From Nostoc sp. (GTDB taxonomy: Bacteria; Cyanobacteriota; Cyanobacteriia; Cyanobacteriales; Nostocaceae), in the NCBI GenBank assembly GCA_036918135.1, contig JBALDB010000062.1:1-64000 (forward strand): a stretch of DNA of 64,000 nt, in the 5' to 3' direction. A model generated the notes under the pieces. The model did not search any database. It was given only the letters and a program-made list of their open reading frames with translations, and was not told where the DNA came from. Below are positions 21,199 to 33,105 of the stretch, piece after piece. Position 1 is the first letter of the stretch. The number at the start of each line of letters is the position of its first letter. A program made the translations under genes and the position numbers.

Positions 21199-22362
21199 GT
21201 GGAAATTCAACTTGGGCAGGGAAAAACAGCTCGCAGAGCTTATGGAATAGATGAAATTGCTCTAGTCCCCGGTAACAGAACTCTAGACCCCAGTTTGGCA
21301 GACACTAAGTGGCGTATTGGCAATATTGAGCGAGAAATCCCGATAATTGCCAGTGCAATGGATGGCGTAGTAGATGTTCGCATGGCTGTACGTTTATCAC
21401 AGTTAGGAGCATTAGGTGTCCTCAACTTAGAGGGTATTCAAACTCGCTATGCCGATCCAGAACCCATATTAGATCGGATTGCTTCTGTAGGAAAAGATGA
21501 ATTTGTTGCCTTGATGCAAGAACTCTATGCCGAACCAATAAAGCCAGAATTAATTGAAAAACGTATTCAGGAAATTAAACAACAAGGTGGGATTGCGGCT
21601 GTGAGTGCGACTCCAGCAGGAGCAAGCAAATATGGTGAGGCGGTGGCAAAAGCTGGGGCAGATTTATTTTTTGTGCAGGCTACAGTGGTTTCGACTGCAC
21701 ATTTGTCACCTGAGTCTTTAGTACCACTTGATTTGGCAGAATTTTGTCGTTCAATGCCTATTCCTGTGGTATTGGGGAATTGTGTAACTTACGAAGTCAC
21801 TTTGAATTTGTTAAAAGCCGGTGCAGCTGGTGTACTAGTGGGAATTGGTCCTGGTGCGGCTTGTACGTCTAGGGGAGTATTGGGTGTGGGTGTGCCACAA
21901 GCAACTGCGATCGCTGATTGTGCAGCAGCACGAGATGATTATTACAAGGAAACTGGTAACTATATCCCTGTCATTGCTGATGGTGGTTTAATCACTGGTG
22001 GCGACATTTGTAAATGCATCGCCTGCGGTGCCGATGGTGTGATGATTGGTTCCCCCTTTGCCAGAGCCGCTGAAGCCCCAGGACGCGGTTATCATTGGGG
22101 CATGGCGACTCCCAGCCCAGTCTTACCTCGTGGCACCCGTATTCGCGTTTCCACCACTGGCAGCCTAGAGCAAATACTTGTTGGCCCAGCAGGACTAGAT
22201 GACGGCACTCACAATCTTTTAGGTGCCTTAAAGACGAGTATGGGTACCTTGGGAGCTAAAAATATAAAAGAAATGCAGCAGGTGGAAGTTGTAATTGCCC
22301 CTTCCCTATTAACTGAAGGCAAAGTTTACCAAAAAGCTCAGCAATTAGGGATGGGGAAATAG
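21199..22362 (+). CDS. guaB: GuaB3-family IMP dehydrogenase-related protein
   Basis: SAMDGV, VGIGPGAACTSR and IADGG motifs. Confidence 0.92.
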   Translation: MEIQLGQGKTARRAYGIDEIALVPGNRTLDPSLADTKWRIGNIEREIPIIASAMDGVVDVRMAVRLSQLGALGVLNLEGIQTRYADPEPILDRIASVGKDEFVALMQELYAEPIKPELIEKRIQEIKQQGGIAAVSATPAGASKYGEAVAKAGADLFFVQATVVSTAHLSPESLVPLDLAEFCRSMPIPVVLGNCVTYEVTLNLLKAGAAGVLVGIGPGAACTSRGVLGVGVPQATAIADCAAARDDYYKETGNYIPVIADGGLITGGDICKCIACGADGVMIGSPFARAAEAPGRGYHWGMATPSPVLPRGTRIRVSTTGSLEQILVGPAGLDDGTHNLLGALKTSMGTLGAKNIKEMQQVEVVIAPSLLTEGKVYQKAQQLGMGK

Positions 22363-22390
22363 AATTGCAGCATGGGGAGATGTGGTTCGA

Positions 22391-22440
22391 CTTCTCTACG
22401 AGACGCTACGCGTAGCTTGCTTCCCCGTAGGGGTACGCTC
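22391..22440 (+). repeat. small dispersed palindromic repeat (copy 2)
   Basis: Matches 7944-7993 and 57610-57656. Confidence 0.85.
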
Positions 22441-22642
22441 ACCAACCCGGAGATAAGGCAGATGAGGGAGATTGAGAAAGTATGGAAAGTGTGAGGAGAT
22501 TATAAAAAAGCAACAACCCTTGGCATCCTTCTCATACTCCTAATCCCCAATACCCCATTTCAACATCAAAGTTCTTAAATAAATTTTTCAGGCCCCTAAA
22601 CAATTGCTGGAAAAATCTTATCTGTCGCCTACAATAGAAATA

Positions 22643-22710
22643 GCGGAGACGCATGTTTCCGTTCACTCCTCACACCACACTCCGCCCGGACTACTGTTCG
22701 GGCGGTTCCT
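22643..22710 (+). ncRNA. yfr1: Yfr1 small RNA
   Basis: Conserved ACTCCTCACAC between two stems (CGGAGAC..TTTCCG and CCGCCCGGAC..GTTCGGGCGG), canonical guaB-trxA location, TACAAT -10 at 22630-22635. Confidence 0.92.
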
Positions 22711-22830
22711 TATGTTTATGAATAAATTCTAAAGCTTCTTTGCAAATGTACATCCTCGATTCCAAAGCAAATGTTTTTGCTATGGTAGAATTTTCACGAA
22801 GCTCAGATATATTTGGCGAAGGTTTTAGGC

Positions 22831-23154
22831 ATGTCAGCAGCCGCACAAGTTACGGATTCTACTTTTAAGCATGAAGTACTCGACAGCAATGTACCCGTTT
22901 TAGTTGACTTTTGGGCACCCTGGTGTGGACCATGCCGTATGGTAGCTCCTGTTGTCGATGAAATCTCCGAACAGTACAAAGGTCGAATCAAAGTCGTCAA
23001 AGTCAACACGGATGAAAATCCTAATGTTGCCAGTCAGTACGGCATCCGCAGTATTCCCACATTAATGATTTTTAAGGGTGGACAAAAAGTCGATATGGTG
23101 GTTGGCGCTGTGCCTAAAACTACATTAGCTACCACTCTGGAAAAGTATCTTTGA
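22831..23154 (+). CDS. trxA: thioredoxin (m-type)
   Basis: WAPWCGPC active site. Confidence 0.95.
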   Translation: MSAAAQVTDSTFKHEVLDSNVPVLVDFWAPWCGPCRMVAPVVDEISEQYKGRIKVVKVNTDENPNVASQYGIRSIPTLMIFKGGQKVDMVVGAVPKTTLATTLEKYL

Positions 23155-23219
23155 AACTCAATTGGTAACAAAATCCTCTTGAGTCATATATTCTGTTGTA
23201 ACTTTAAGTTAATTTTTGC

Positions 23220-23264
23220 AAACAAGTTTGAAAGGCCTAAATTCCAAGTCTTTCAAACTTGTTT
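23220..23264. terminator. probable bidirectional terminator between trxA and marC
   Basis: AAACAAGTTTGAAAG...CTTTCAAACTTGTTT inverted repeat between convergent genes. Confidence 0.65.
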
Positions 23265-23310
23265 ACATTTACACATAATTTAAGAATGTTTTAATATTTG
23301 TAGGAGTTTT

Positions 23311-23934
23311 TTAGCTGAAAAATAACTCTCTAATTCCTGTACTACCAATTTCCACTGCTAGCGCTGCCAACAGAAAACCCAAAAGCTGAGTTACAATCAC
23401 TCCACCTTCTGCACCAATCCATTGGTCAATTAGATTTGCCAAACGCAAAATCAACCAAGTAATAAACATTGCGGCTAAGATGCCTACGATTACAGCAATA
23501 TGGGGACTCTGTGATTTCGACATTAACAACATTACCGTCGTCAAAGTCCCTGGTCCCGCTAGCAGAGGTAAAGCTAGTGGAGTAATTGCGACATCGCGTC
23601 CTTCCTCAATAATCGGCCTATCTAATTCTCCCCGTAGCATTTGTAAAGCAATTAACAGTAACAATAATCCTCCTGCTACTCGCAAAGATCCGATACTAAT
23701 TTCTAGATAATTCAAAATTATTTGCCCTCCAAAGGCAAACAGTAAAAGAACTGCGATCGCGACGATAATTGCTTTATCTATAACCTTGTTTCTTTCTTCT
23801 GGCATCATGCCCTTAGTCAAAACTAAAACAATCGGTATATTGCCCACAGCATCTGCCAAGACAAACACAGCAATAAATGTCTGAACCAAAATAGAAATAT
23901 CCACAGCAGGTAGCTTCGAGCGGGGTTTGCTCAC
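23311..23934 (-). CDS. MarC family membrane protein
   Basis: DAVGNIP, LRVAGGLLL and PLALPLLAGPG motifs. Confidence 0.9.
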   Translation of the reverse strand: MSKPRSKLPAVDISILVQTFIAVFVLADAVGNIPIVLVLTKGMMPEERNKVIDKAIIVAIAVLLLFAFGGQIILNYLEISIGSLRVAGGLLLLLIALQMLRGELDRPIIEEGRDVAITPLALPLLAGPGTLTTVMLLMSKSQSPHIAVIVGILAAMFITWLILRLANLIDQWIGAEGGVIVTQLLGFLLAALAVEIGSTGIRELFFS

Positions 23935-24120
23935 AACTTAATCGCAATCTTCTTCAGTTTGCTAGAACCTACAGGAAGATTAAAATAAGCAATGGGAATA
24001 ATTAAGTTTGTTCAAGAAAAGCAACAAGTCATGGATTTCTAATTAAGTTCCACAGATGCTGAAGTAGCGATATATTTTGATAATCTATTTCCCATAAATC
24101 AACTACTCCTTGTTGAATCT

Positions 24121-24933
24121 ATGAAGTCTTATTTAGCCGCCGCTATTCAATTAACCAGTATGTCAGATCTGCAAAAAAATCTGGCACAGGCAGAAGAATT
24201 AATAGATCTTGCCGTGCGTCGAGGTGCTGAATTAGTAGGTTTGCCAGAAAACTTTTCCTTTATGGGAGAAGAAAAAGACAGACTCGCGCAAGGGGATACC
24301 ATCGCTATTGAAAGTGAAAAATTCTTGAAAAAAATGGCTCAGCGTTTTCAAATCACCATCTTGGGCGGCAGCTTTCCACTTCCAGTAGACAATACAGGCA
24401 AAGTTTATAATACCACTCTACTCATTGACCCAAGCGGTGAAGAACTTGCCCGCTATTACAAAGTACACTTATTTGATGTTAATGTCCCTGACGGCAATAC
24501 CTATCGTGAATCCAGCACTGTTGTCGCTGGTACGCAACTACCCCCCGTTTATCTTTCAGAGAAATTTGGTAATTTAGGACTTTCTATTTGTTACGATGTC
24601 CGCTTTCCAGAACTGTACCGTCATTTAGCAGATAAGGGAGCCGATGTCTTATTTGTTCCTGCTGCTTTTACCGCCTTTACTGGCAAAGACCATTGGCAAG
24701 TATTATTACAAGCAAGAGCGATCGAAAATACAGCTTACGTCATTGCTCCTGCCCAAACAGGCAACAACTATGACCGTCGGCAAACCCACGGACATGCTGT
24801 GATTATCGACCCTTGGGGAGTAATTTTAGCCGATGCTGGGGAAAAGCCGGGAATTGCGATCGCTGAAATCAAACCCACCAGGCTCGAACAAGTCCGCCGT
24901 CAAATGCCTTCATTGCAGCATCGGGTATTTTAG
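24121..24933 (+). CDS. carbon-nitrogen hydrolase (Nit1-like)
   Basis: LPENF, YYKVHLFD and ICYDVRFPE (Glu-Lys-Cys triad). Confidence 0.9.
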   Translation: MKSYLAAAIQLTSMSDLQKNLAQAEELIDLAVRRGAELVGLPENFSFMGEEKDRLAQGDTIAIESEKFLKKMAQRFQITILGGSFPLPVDNTGKVYNTTLLIDPSGEELARYYKVHLFDVNVPDGNTYRESSTVVAGTQLPPVYLSEKFGNLGLSICYDVRFPELYRHLADKGADVLFVPAAFTAFTGKDHWQVLLQARAIENTAYVIAPAQTGNNYDRRQTHGHAVIIDPWGVILADAGEKPGIAIAEIKPTRLEQVRRQMPSLQHRVF

Positions 24934-25127
24934 AGACTGGGGGCTGGGGACTAGGAAATAAATATTTAGGGATATTTTCTCATTCAGTACTTAATCCCCA
25001 ATACCTAATGCCCAATCCTAAAGAATAAAACAAAAAACCGGGTAGTTACCCGGTTTATACCAATATTAGAATCCTCAGTCTTTTAGGAGCATAGCAGTAC
25101 TGTGCACCTTTTTATTCTTTAGAGAGA

Positions 25128-26207
25128 TTAAACTTTCGCTGCTGACTTGGTAATAACATTGAGTTCACCTTTAGCATACTTAGCAGCAAAATCTTCCAAA
25201 GTAATTTGCTTAATCTTGCTTGCGTTGCCAGCCGTGCCAAATTCCTTATAGCGTTGAGCACAAACCTTCTGCATATATGTAATAGAAGGCTTGAGGAAGT
25301 GACGAGGGTCAAATTCCTTAGGATTTTTTGCCAAAGCTTCACGTACCGCAGCGGTAATTGCCAGACGATTATCGGTATCGATATTTACCTTACGTACACC
25401 GCTCTTGATGCCTTTTTGGATTTCTTCAACAGGTACACCGTAGGTTTCAGGAATTGCACCACCATATTGGTTAATCAGCGCAAGCAAATCTTCGGGTACA
25501 GAGGAAGAACCGTGCATTACCAAGTGGGTGTTAGGCAGACGGCGGTGAATTTCCTCAATGCGGCTAATTGCCAAAATTTCGCCAGTTGGCTTACGGGTAA
25601 ACTTGTAAGCACCGTGGCTAGTGCCAATAGCAACCGCCAAAGCATCTACTTGGGTTTGCTCTACGAAATCAACTGCTTGGTCGGGGTCAGTTAGCAGTTG
25701 AGAATGGTCGAGTGTACCCTCAAACCCGTGACCATCTTCAGCTTCACCAGCTCCAGTTTCTAGAGAACCCAAACAACCAAGTTCGCCTTCAACACTGACG
25801 CCTAGAGCATGAGCTACATTTACGACTTCGCGAGTAACACTGACGTTATACTCGAAGCTTGCAGGGGTCTTAGCATCAGCTTCTAAAGAACCATCCATCA
25901 TGACGCTGGTGAAGTTGTTCTTAATTGCTGAATAGCAGGTAGCAGGGGCATTACCATGATCTTGGTGCATGACAATGGGAATCTGAGGATAGGTTTCTAC
26001 CGCTGCTAAAATCAGGTGGCGTAGGAAGTTTTCTCCTGCATAATTACGAGCGCCACGAGAAGCTTGCAAAATTACGGGGCTATCTGTCTCTACAGCAGCC
26101 TTCAGGATCGCCTGAATCTGTTCCAAATTGTTAACGTTGAAAGCTGGGATGCCATAACCGTTCTCAGCCGCGTGATCCAACAGCAGCCGCAATGGTACAA
26201 GCGCCAT
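25128..26207 (-). CDS. fbaA: class II fructose-bisphosphate aldolase
   Basis: [20 protein letters not shown] and KVNIDTD motifs. Terminator hairpin at about 25033-25057. Confidence 0.96.
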   Translation of the reverse strand: MALVPLRLLLDHAAENGYGIPAFNVNNLEQIQAILKAAVETDSPVILQASRGARNYAGENFLRHLILAAVETYPQIPIVMHQDHGNAPATCYSAIKNNFTSVMMDGSLEADAKTPASFEYNVSVTREVVNVAHALGVSVEGELGCLGSLETGAGEAEDGHGFEGTLDHSQLLTDPDQAVDFVEQTQVDALAVAIGTSHGAYKFTRKPTGEILAISRIEEIHRRLPNTHLVMHGSSSVPEDLLALINQYGGAIPETYGVPVEEIQKGIKSGVRKVNIDTDNRLAITAAVREALAKNPKEFDPRHFLKPSITYMQKVCAQRYKEFGTAGNASKIKQITLEDFAAKYAKGELNVITKSAAKV

Positions 26208-26445
26208 AGATAGTCCTCCTAATGTGGTTGTCAGCTAGTCGGTGTGAGAGAAGCGTAATAATCACGCTAAATCTTAAGAGTTTTTTCAACTTATAGGAAA
26301 TTATAACTAGTGTTGTGTGCTTATGTTGAAAAAGTTTAAGCTAAAGTTACTATAAATATGTCCTATACTACTGTACGGTGAGCTACGCCAAAGTGAAAGG
26401 CTTTGGTAGCCCTGTATGCCAAATAATTTATCAAAAGCGATCGCC

Positions 26446-27138
26446 TCAGCCTAAATCTGCTAATTTCTGTACAAATGCTGCGTGTTCGGGAGATTCCAAG
26501 CCTGCTTGTAAAATAGTTAACACGGTTTGCATATTCCCTGCTAATAAGTCTGTAACCCTTAACCACAATCCTGGAAAAACCAGACTTTGCAAAATTCCGT
26601 TACTATCAGTAGCTAACTCTAGATACTCACCCTCTTCTAAATAGAACCAACTCAATTTTTGATCGAGTACTTGCCAAACGATATATTCTTTGACTGCATT
26701 GCGGCGATCAGCTTGTTTTTTGGCATGAAGGTCGATGGCGACACTACTAGCAGCAATTTCGACAATTAACTCTGGTGCACCTTCAATATAATCATCCTCG
26801 CTCAGCCTTGCTTGACCACCTGCTTCTGGGTTGATGAGAAGAACGGCATCTGGCTGAGGTTCATTATCTAAGTCTAGGCGCACTGTGGGTTCAACTCCCA
26901 AAGCTACACCTGGTGTAGCGACTTCATAAGTACCTAGCCATGTGAGAATCCAACCATGTGGTTGACCGTGACTTCTAAAACGCAAAGCAGCAGGCATGAT
27001 ATAGACAATTCCCTCAATCAATTCGGCTCTTTTCAAGTTACGCATGGCGTTGTAGCGCCGCTCAAATTCATAGCGAGTGAGTTTATCGCCATTTTCTAGA
27101 TGAGGAATTGTCCGATGCTGTGGACGTGTTTTTACCAT
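26446..27138 (-). CDS. Uma2 family endonuclease
   Basis: AELIEGIVY, EPQPDA and PELIVEIA motifs. Confidence 0.9.
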   Translation of the reverse strand: MVKTRPQHRTIPHLENGDKLTRYEFERRYNAMRNLKRAELIEGIVYIMPAALRFRSHGQPHGWILTWLGTYEVATPGVALGVEPTVRLDLDNEPQPDAVLLINPEAGGQARLSEDDYIEGAPELIVEIAASSVAIDLHAKKQADRRNAVKEYIVWQVLDQKLSWFYLEEGEYLELATDSNGILQSLVFPGLWLRVTDLLAGNMQTVLTILQAGLESPEHAAFVQKLADLG

Positions 27139-27679
27139 AACGATGGTACTTAGGATTGCTATATGCCTATCGTACCGAATTGGAAAAATTTCTTGTATGT
27201 GTTACACAATTACCCTGACTGTAATTAATCTACAAAGACGTAGGCAAAATCAGCTGTGAAAATCGCGCTTTTTTTTCCAATTAAACTCAAAAGCCATCGC
27301 TTCATCTGCAATTCTTTTATCTGTGATTTTGGCGAACAGTGAAGCCGAATGGATGGAAAATTTGGTAGTAACAAATGTGATGATAACTAGGAATCATAGG
27401 ATCGGCCGGAGCATTAAAGAACTATTTGCGCTCCCATTCTCAATAGCCGCATTTACAAGTTAACAAACTCCTAGAGCTTTATCGACAAATTTTACACTAA
27501 GAACAAATACTCTCCGTTGATAGTTCACAAGAAAAAGAATTAATTTTATCAAGGCTAATTATTAAGCAACAAGGTTTTCTGAAAGTCGAAAACCGTATTT
27601 ACCAATTAATATTCAATCGGTATTGGATTGCTCGGCACATCTCTTAGCAATGCTCAACTAAAGACCTATATTAACTCTA

Positions 27680-27751
27680 TGGGTCGCCCGGGATTCGAAC
27701 CCGGAACTAATCGGTTAAAAGCCGAGTACTCTACCGTTGAGTTAGCGACCC
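27680..27751 (-). tRNA. trnK-UUU: tRNA-Lys(UUU)
   Basis: Reverse complement GGGTCGCTAACTCAACGGTAGAGTACTCGGCTTTTAACCGATTAGTTCCGGGTTCGAATCCCGGGCGACCCA folds as a cloverleaf with anticodon TTT. Confidence 0.96.
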
Positions 27752-27810
27752 TTTCGTTGATTTCGCAACTTTGCTATCATAGCATAGATATCTGTAGTTT
27801 TGTAAAGGGT

Positions 27811-28680
27811 TCAGAAAAAATTTGCTGTTAAGCGTATAGATGCTGTATAACTACCTCCTGGGTCTAATACAGTTAGATATTCACCAGTGTTTAGAGAGTT
27901 GCGAGGAGCGCTCCACGGTTCTAGACAGTAGAAGTCTTTGCCCTTGAGTGTCCAAAATATCAAAATGGGATATTCATCGCCATAATCTAGAGTCAACTTG
28001 AGCTTACGCTCATTGTGCGTCACTGTTGCTGATTTACTCGTTAACTGCTTAAAGGCAACATCAATTTCATCCTGATTAAAATCAAAATTCCCATTAAATG
28101 AGTGACTTTCTTTGGTTATCTGATTTTGATACTCTAGAGAGGGAATTTCAAACTCTAGCGCAGTTTTATCATGCGTTAGAAAATAAGGATGAAAACCTAA
28201 AGAAAAGGGCAATGATGCAGATGAAAGATTTTTACACTCCTGGTGAATTTCTAAGGTATTACCTTGGAGTTCATAAGTGAAAACTAGTTGAAAGTCAAAA
28301 GGATAAACTATCCGTGTTTGGTCGTTACTATTAAGAACGAGGGTAAGGCTAACTTTATCTTCAGCTACTTGCTCAGTTATTTGCCAAGGTAAATCACGGG
28401 CAAAGCCGTGTTGTTTGAGAGTGTATTCTTTCCCGTTATAGGTATAAGCGTTATCCGGTAAATTGCCACAAATCGGAAACAAAATAGGATTTCCACCCCT
28501 GACGCTTAAATCAGGATTAGCAAAGCGTTCAGCGTCCAGATAGAAAATTTCTTGCCCTTGGACGCGCCAACGAGTAATAATACCACCGCGTTCTGGGACA
28601 ACTTCCAGTTGAGAATTAGCGGTTTTATCTGAAAGGATGTAGGTTTTGTATTGTTGCTGTTGAAGTGCAATGGTAAACAC
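27811..28680 (-). CDS. aldose 1-epimerase family protein
   Basis: RGGNPILFP, HGFAR, GFHPYF and CLEPW motifs. Confidence 0.9.
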   Translation of the reverse strand: MFTIALQQQQYKTYILSDKTANSQLEVVPERGGIITRWRVQGQEIFYLDAERFANPDLSVRGGNPILFPICGNLPDNAYTYNGKEYTLKQHGFARDLPWQITEQVAEDKVSLTLVLNSNDQTRIVYPFDFQLVFTYELQGNTLEIHQECKNLSSASLPFSLGFHPYFLTHDKTALEFEIPSLEYQNQITKESHSFNGNFDFNQDEIDVAFKQLTSKSATVTHNERKLKLTLDYGDEYPILIFWTLKGKDFYCLEPWSAPRNSLNTGEYLTVLDPGGSYTASIRLTANFF

Positions 28681-28817
28681 AAGTTTTAGTCCTAATGGGT
28701 ACTGGGTACTGGGGACTAGATATTGGGTATTAGGGATTGGATACTGAGTGAGAAAGTATTCCTAAATATTTATTTTCTAGTCCCCAGTCAACACTCAACA
28801 CTCCCCATACCCCAAAT

Positions 28818-29852
28818 TTACTCGTCTTCTGCAAAAACGAAGCGATATAATTCGCTGGGGTCTGGTTCAGGGCTACTTTCAGCGAATTTAACTGCTTCGT
28901 CAATTACTCCTTGAATTTTACGGTCTATGGCTTTGATTTCTTCCTCATCCGCCAGGTTTTGCTCTATCAAATGAGCTGCCAACTTTTTAATTGGGTCACG
29001 AGCAAACCAAAATTCTTTCTCAGCTTTACTTCGCATTTCATCGGGGTCTGCTAAAGAGTGACCCCGGAAGCGGTAGGTAAGTGCTTCAATTAATGTTGGC
29101 CCTTCCCCAGCACGGGCACGGGCTACGGCTTCCTGGGCTACAGCACGTACTGCCAGCACATCCATGCCGTCTACTTCTGTGCCCACCATGTTAAATACGC
29201 TGGCTTTTTTGTAAATCTCTGGTTGGGAAGTTGCGCGATCGTGAGCCATACCAATTGCCCACTTATTATTTTCTACCACAAAAAGAATTGGCAGTTTCCA
29301 AAGAGATGCCATGTTTAACGTCTCAAAAAACTGACCGTTGTTAGCTGCACCGTCGCCAAAAAAACAAGCTGTCACTTGGTCAGCACTTTCGTCTTTTAGC
29401 ACTTCGCGGCGATATTTAGTTTGAAAAGCCGCTCCTGCCGCTACAGGAATTCCCTCTGCCACAAACGCATAGCCACCTAGCAAGCGATGTTCGGCAGAAA
29501 ACATGTGCATAGAACCACCGCGCCCTTTGCTGCAACCTGTGGCTTTACCAAATAACTCTGCCATTACCTCTTTTGCTGGTACTCCCGCACTCAAAGCATG
29601 AACGTGGTCGCGGTAGGTACTGCAAACAAAATCTTCACCCGGTCGCATCGCCTGGATAACACCAGTAGAAACGGCTTCTTGACCGTTGTATAAATGGACA
29701 AAACCAAACATTTTGCCCCGATAATACATTTCAGCGCATTTATCTTCAAACAAGCGCCCTAATACCATGTCTTCATATAACCGCAACCCTTCTTCTTTAG
29801 TAATACGCGTAGTAGCAGCATTAAAAGTGGGTAAAGTACGCTCTTGAACCAT
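28818..29852 (-). CDS. pdhA: pyruvate dehydrogenase E1 alpha
   Basis: [16 protein letters not shown] and YRFRGHS motifs. Confidence 0.96.
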   Translation of the reverse strand: MVQERTLPTFNAATTRITKEEGLRLYEDMVLGRLFEDKCAEMYYRGKMFGFVHLYNGQEAVSTGVIQAMRPGEDFVCSTYRDHVHALSAGVPAKEVMAELFGKATGCSKGRGGSMHMFSAEHRLLGGYAFVAEGIPVAAGAAFQTKYRREVLKDESADQVTACFFGDGAANNGQFFETLNMASLWKLPILFVVENNKWAIGMAHDRATSQPEIYKKASVFNMVGTEVDGMDVLAVRAVAQEAVARARAGEGPTLIEALTYRFRGHSLADPDEMRSKAEKEFWFARDPIKKLAAHLIEQNLADEEEIKAIDRKIQGVIDEAVKFAESSPEPDPSELYRFVFAEDE

Positions 29853-30750
29853 TATTTTTGAGTATCCCTGTTGTACAACTTCAAGTTACGGTCTTAAATA
29901 AGTTGGCCTGATAACACTTTAGGCTTTAACAGTTATCAAGTTATCAGTTAGTCAGTTTCAATCGTTTGGGTTTAAGTTCGCCACGATATGCCTGATAACT
30001 GTTCACTGATGACTGTTCACTGATTTAATTTATGCACCAAAAAAGGACTTTAGGGAATAGGTAATCGGGAGTGGGGGAGATGAAGGAGGTCTTGAGGCAA
30101 GGGGAGAATAACTCCTCACTCTTAGAAAGACTTGGGTTAACCCAAGTCTGTACTCCTAATTTTTAACTCAGCATTCACAACTGTTTTGCCCAATATCCCA
30201 TACGTGTGAGGATTTAATCACCGCAATAAACATCTGCCGCTTTGGGTTTTTATCTGACTAATTCCTCTTGATAGACTACCAATCGAGATAGACTGGTTTC
30301 TGCATATCCATTAACAATTTAAAAAAAGAACGCAAAAGTCTATATACCCAAATGGGTAATTGTAATTAAAGGTTAATTATGATATGATTTTTGTCTCATG
30401 TTATCAGGGTCAACTCCCAAAAGTGGTAGTTTATTAACTACATACTTGGGAAAATCCCGAAAAAATCAATCATTAGATTCTTGCAACCACAACATTTATC
30501 CCGTCATCATCAGCGGTAGTTGTGGTTTATAGTATTGAATGGTTGATTGTAGTCGTATTAAACCAAAAATACTAAAAATTAAAACAAAAAGCTGAGACTT
30601 TCTAGGCGAAGGCAAAAAATTAGTACTAGAATGTGACTCAAAATTTCGGGAAGGTACAAAACAAGTAGTTGCAATATACACTTGTATAGTAGATTCTACA
30701 CGGCATTATTATGGCACGGTTTTACTGGCCTGGAACGCTCTAGGTGAATT

Positions 30751-33105
30751 ATGTCGATCGCGGTGCAGGGGAAGTGGGCTGTGCGAATTCCGCTAGATTA
30801 CTACCGAATTTTAGGACTACCGTTGGCGGCAAGTGAAGAACAATTGCGGCAGGCATATAGCGATCGCATTGTACAATTGCCAAGACGTGAGTATTCAATG
30901 GCAGCAATTTCTTCTCGTAAACAACTTATAGAAGAAGCTTACGTGGTTTTATCAGATCCAAAACAACGCAGTACCTACGATCACCTTTATCTTGCCCACG
31001 CCTATGACCCTGATAATGTTGCTGCTGGCACAGTAGCAGCAGAAAATCTGAGAGAAAGCCACAAAAGGAGTGTCGATACCCAGAATTTGGGCATTGATGT
31101 TTCCCAAGACCAATTAGTTGGTGCTTTGTTGATTTTGCAAGAATTAGGGGAATACGAACTTGTACTGAAACTTGGTCGTCCGTACCTGGTAAATAAAAAC
31201 GGTGTTTCAGGTAACAATAAGAGCAATAATTTAGCAGACGAGGAAATCTCTGAAAGTGTCGAACGTCCAGATGTAGTTCTCACGGTTGCTCTTGCTTGTT
31301 TAGAACTAGGACGCGAACAGTGGCAGCAAGGTCACTACGAAAATGCTGCTATATCTTTAGAAACCGGTGAGGAGTTGCTAGTACGCGAAGGGTTGTTTGC
31401 CACTGTACAAGCGGAAATTCAGGCAGACCTTTACAAATTGCGACCGTATCGAATTTTAGAGTTATTGGCACTACCTCAACAAAAGACTGCCGAACGACGC
31501 CAAGGACTGGAATTATTGCAAAACCTTTTAGAAGATCGGGGCGGGATTGATGGCACAAAAAGCGATCGCTCTGGTTTAAATATAGATGACTTTCTGCGAT
31601 TTATTCAGCAATTACGTAGTCACTTAACAGTTGCAGAGCAACACAAGTTATTTGAAGCAGAAAGTAAACGTCCTTCTGCTGTTGCGATTTACTTGGCGGT
31701 CTATGCTTTGATAGCAAGAGGATTTGCTCAACGACAACCGGCTTTAATTCGTCAAGCAAGACAGATGCTAGTACGTCTGGGGAATCGCCAAGATGTACAT
31801 TTAGAACAGTCGCTATGTGCATTACTTTTAGGACAAACCGAAGAAGCAACTCGTGTTTTAGAACTTAGTCAAGAGTACGAAGCTTTAGCATTTATTCGAG
31901 AAAAATCTCAAGACTCTCCAGATTTGTTACCAGGGCTGTGTTTGTATACAGAACAGTGGTTGCAACATGAAGTTTTTCCACATTTTCGAGATTTGTCAAA
32001 CCAGCAAGCTTCTCTTAAAGAGTACTTTGCTAATCAACAGGTACAAGCTTATTTAGAAGCATTGCCAACTGATGCACAAACAACTAATGAATCAGGTGTA
32101 ATTAATCCCCAGCTTTTTCAACAGCCACAAACAAATAATCCATATTTTCACAACAATTCAACTGGGTTTAGACAATTCGATCGCAATCCAACACCTGACC
32201 CAGATTTGTCAGAAACACCAACAAAAGAAAAACTCGAATATCCAAACTTCTCGCCACCAAGATGGAATTCATCTGAAAGTGCCAAACCAGAAGTAACTGC
32301 TGCACAGCTTCCTACTGCTGAACGCACGACCAGAGGTAATAACCAGTATTGGAATGGTTCAGCTAGAACTACTGCACCCAATCAAAACCAAAAGCGGAGG
32401 CGAAGAAAACCTGCTCAACCTCTTAGTCGAGAACGTATATCAGATAATCGTCCTCGTCCTCGTCCTCGACGACGGCGGCGAACTTTTGCTAGCAGTATAG
32501 AAGGGAAAACACGGCTGGTGTGGAGAGTGTTTATTTCCCTAGTGATTATATTAGTTTTCTGGGTGTTAGCCACAGCAGTTTTTGGATGGATTAAAAATCT
32601 ATTTTTTCCTTCACCATCTACGCGTGATTTACAGTTGTTAGTACAAATAAATCAACCACCAGTATTTATTCCTGACCCAAACACTAAGCCAGAATTATCA
32701 GAAGGGCCTCTGACAAATGCAACGGCAGAAGAAGTAATTCAGGCTTGGCTATCTACCAAAGCCGCAGCTTTAGGGCCTAATCATCAAATTAATAATTTAG
32801 AGCAGATTTTAACTGGTTCAGCTTTGTCTCAATGGCGGCTAATTGCTCAACAAGACAAAGTAGATAACCGCTACCGGAAGTACGATCATAGTCTGAAGAT
32901 TGAGTCTGTAGAAAAAGTTGATTTATTTAGCGATCGCGCTGCTGTGGAAGCTACAGTCAAAGAAGCCACAAAGTTGTATGAAAATGGTCAGTTTGAAGGT
33001 TCTTCTAACGATAAGTTGCGAGTTCGGTATGATTTAATTCGATACGGAGGTAAATGGCGTATTCAGAGTATATCGGTTGTCGAGCAAATAAGTTGGAATT
33101 TTTAA
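30751..33105 (+). CDS. ftn2: cell division protein Ftn2/ZipN (ARC6 homolog)
   Basis: RIPLDYYRILG J-like N-terminus, DLLPGLC motif, one TM segment and C-terminal IMS domain. Confidence 0.92.
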   Translation: MSIAVQGKWAVRIPLDYYRILGLPLAASEEQLRQAYSDRIVQLPRREYSMAAISSRKQLIEEAYVVLSDPKQRSTYDHLYLAHAYDPDNVAAGTVAAENLRESHKRSVDTQNLGIDVSQDQLVGALLILQELGEYELVLKLGRPYLVNKNGVSGNNKSNNLADEEISESVERPDVVLTVALACLELGREQWQQGHYENAAISLETGEELLVREGLFATVQAEIQADLYKLRPYRILELLALPQQKTAERRQGLELLQNLLEDRGGIDGTKSDRSGLNIDDFLRFIQQLRSHLTVAEQHKLFEAESKRPSAVAIYLAVYALIARGFAQRQPALIRQARQMLVRLGNRQDVHLEQSLCALLLGQTEEATRVLELSQEYEALAFIREKSQDSPDLLPGLCLYTEQWLQHEVFPHFRDLSNQQASLKEYFANQQVQAYLEALPTDAQTTNESGVINPQLFQQPQTNNPYFHNNSTGFRQFDRNPTPDPDLSETPTKEKLEYPNFSPPRWNSSESAKPEVTAAQLPTAERTTRGNNQYWNGSARTTAPNQNQKRRRRKPAQPLSRERISDNRPRPRPRRRRRTFASSIEGKTRLVWRVFISLVIILVFWVLATAVFGWIKNLFFPSPSTRDLQLLVQINQPPVFIPDPNTKPELSEGPLTNATAEEVIQAWLSTKAAALGPNHQINNLEQILTGSALSQWRLIAQQDKVDNRYRKYDHSLKIESVEKVDLFSDRAAVEATVKEATKLYENGQFEGSSNDKLRVRYDLIRYGGKWRIQSISVVEQISWNF

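Noticed and set aside
26363..26420. Group II intron or IS605-end-like hairpin
   Set aside because: Only a weak stem (GCTAC.CCAAAG/CTTTGGTAGC) with no domain V consensus or transposase; more likely the Uma2 terminator.
27140..27679. Integrative element at the 3' end of tRNA-Lys
   Set aside because: No integrase, no duplicated tRNA 3' end seen and no convincing reading frame.
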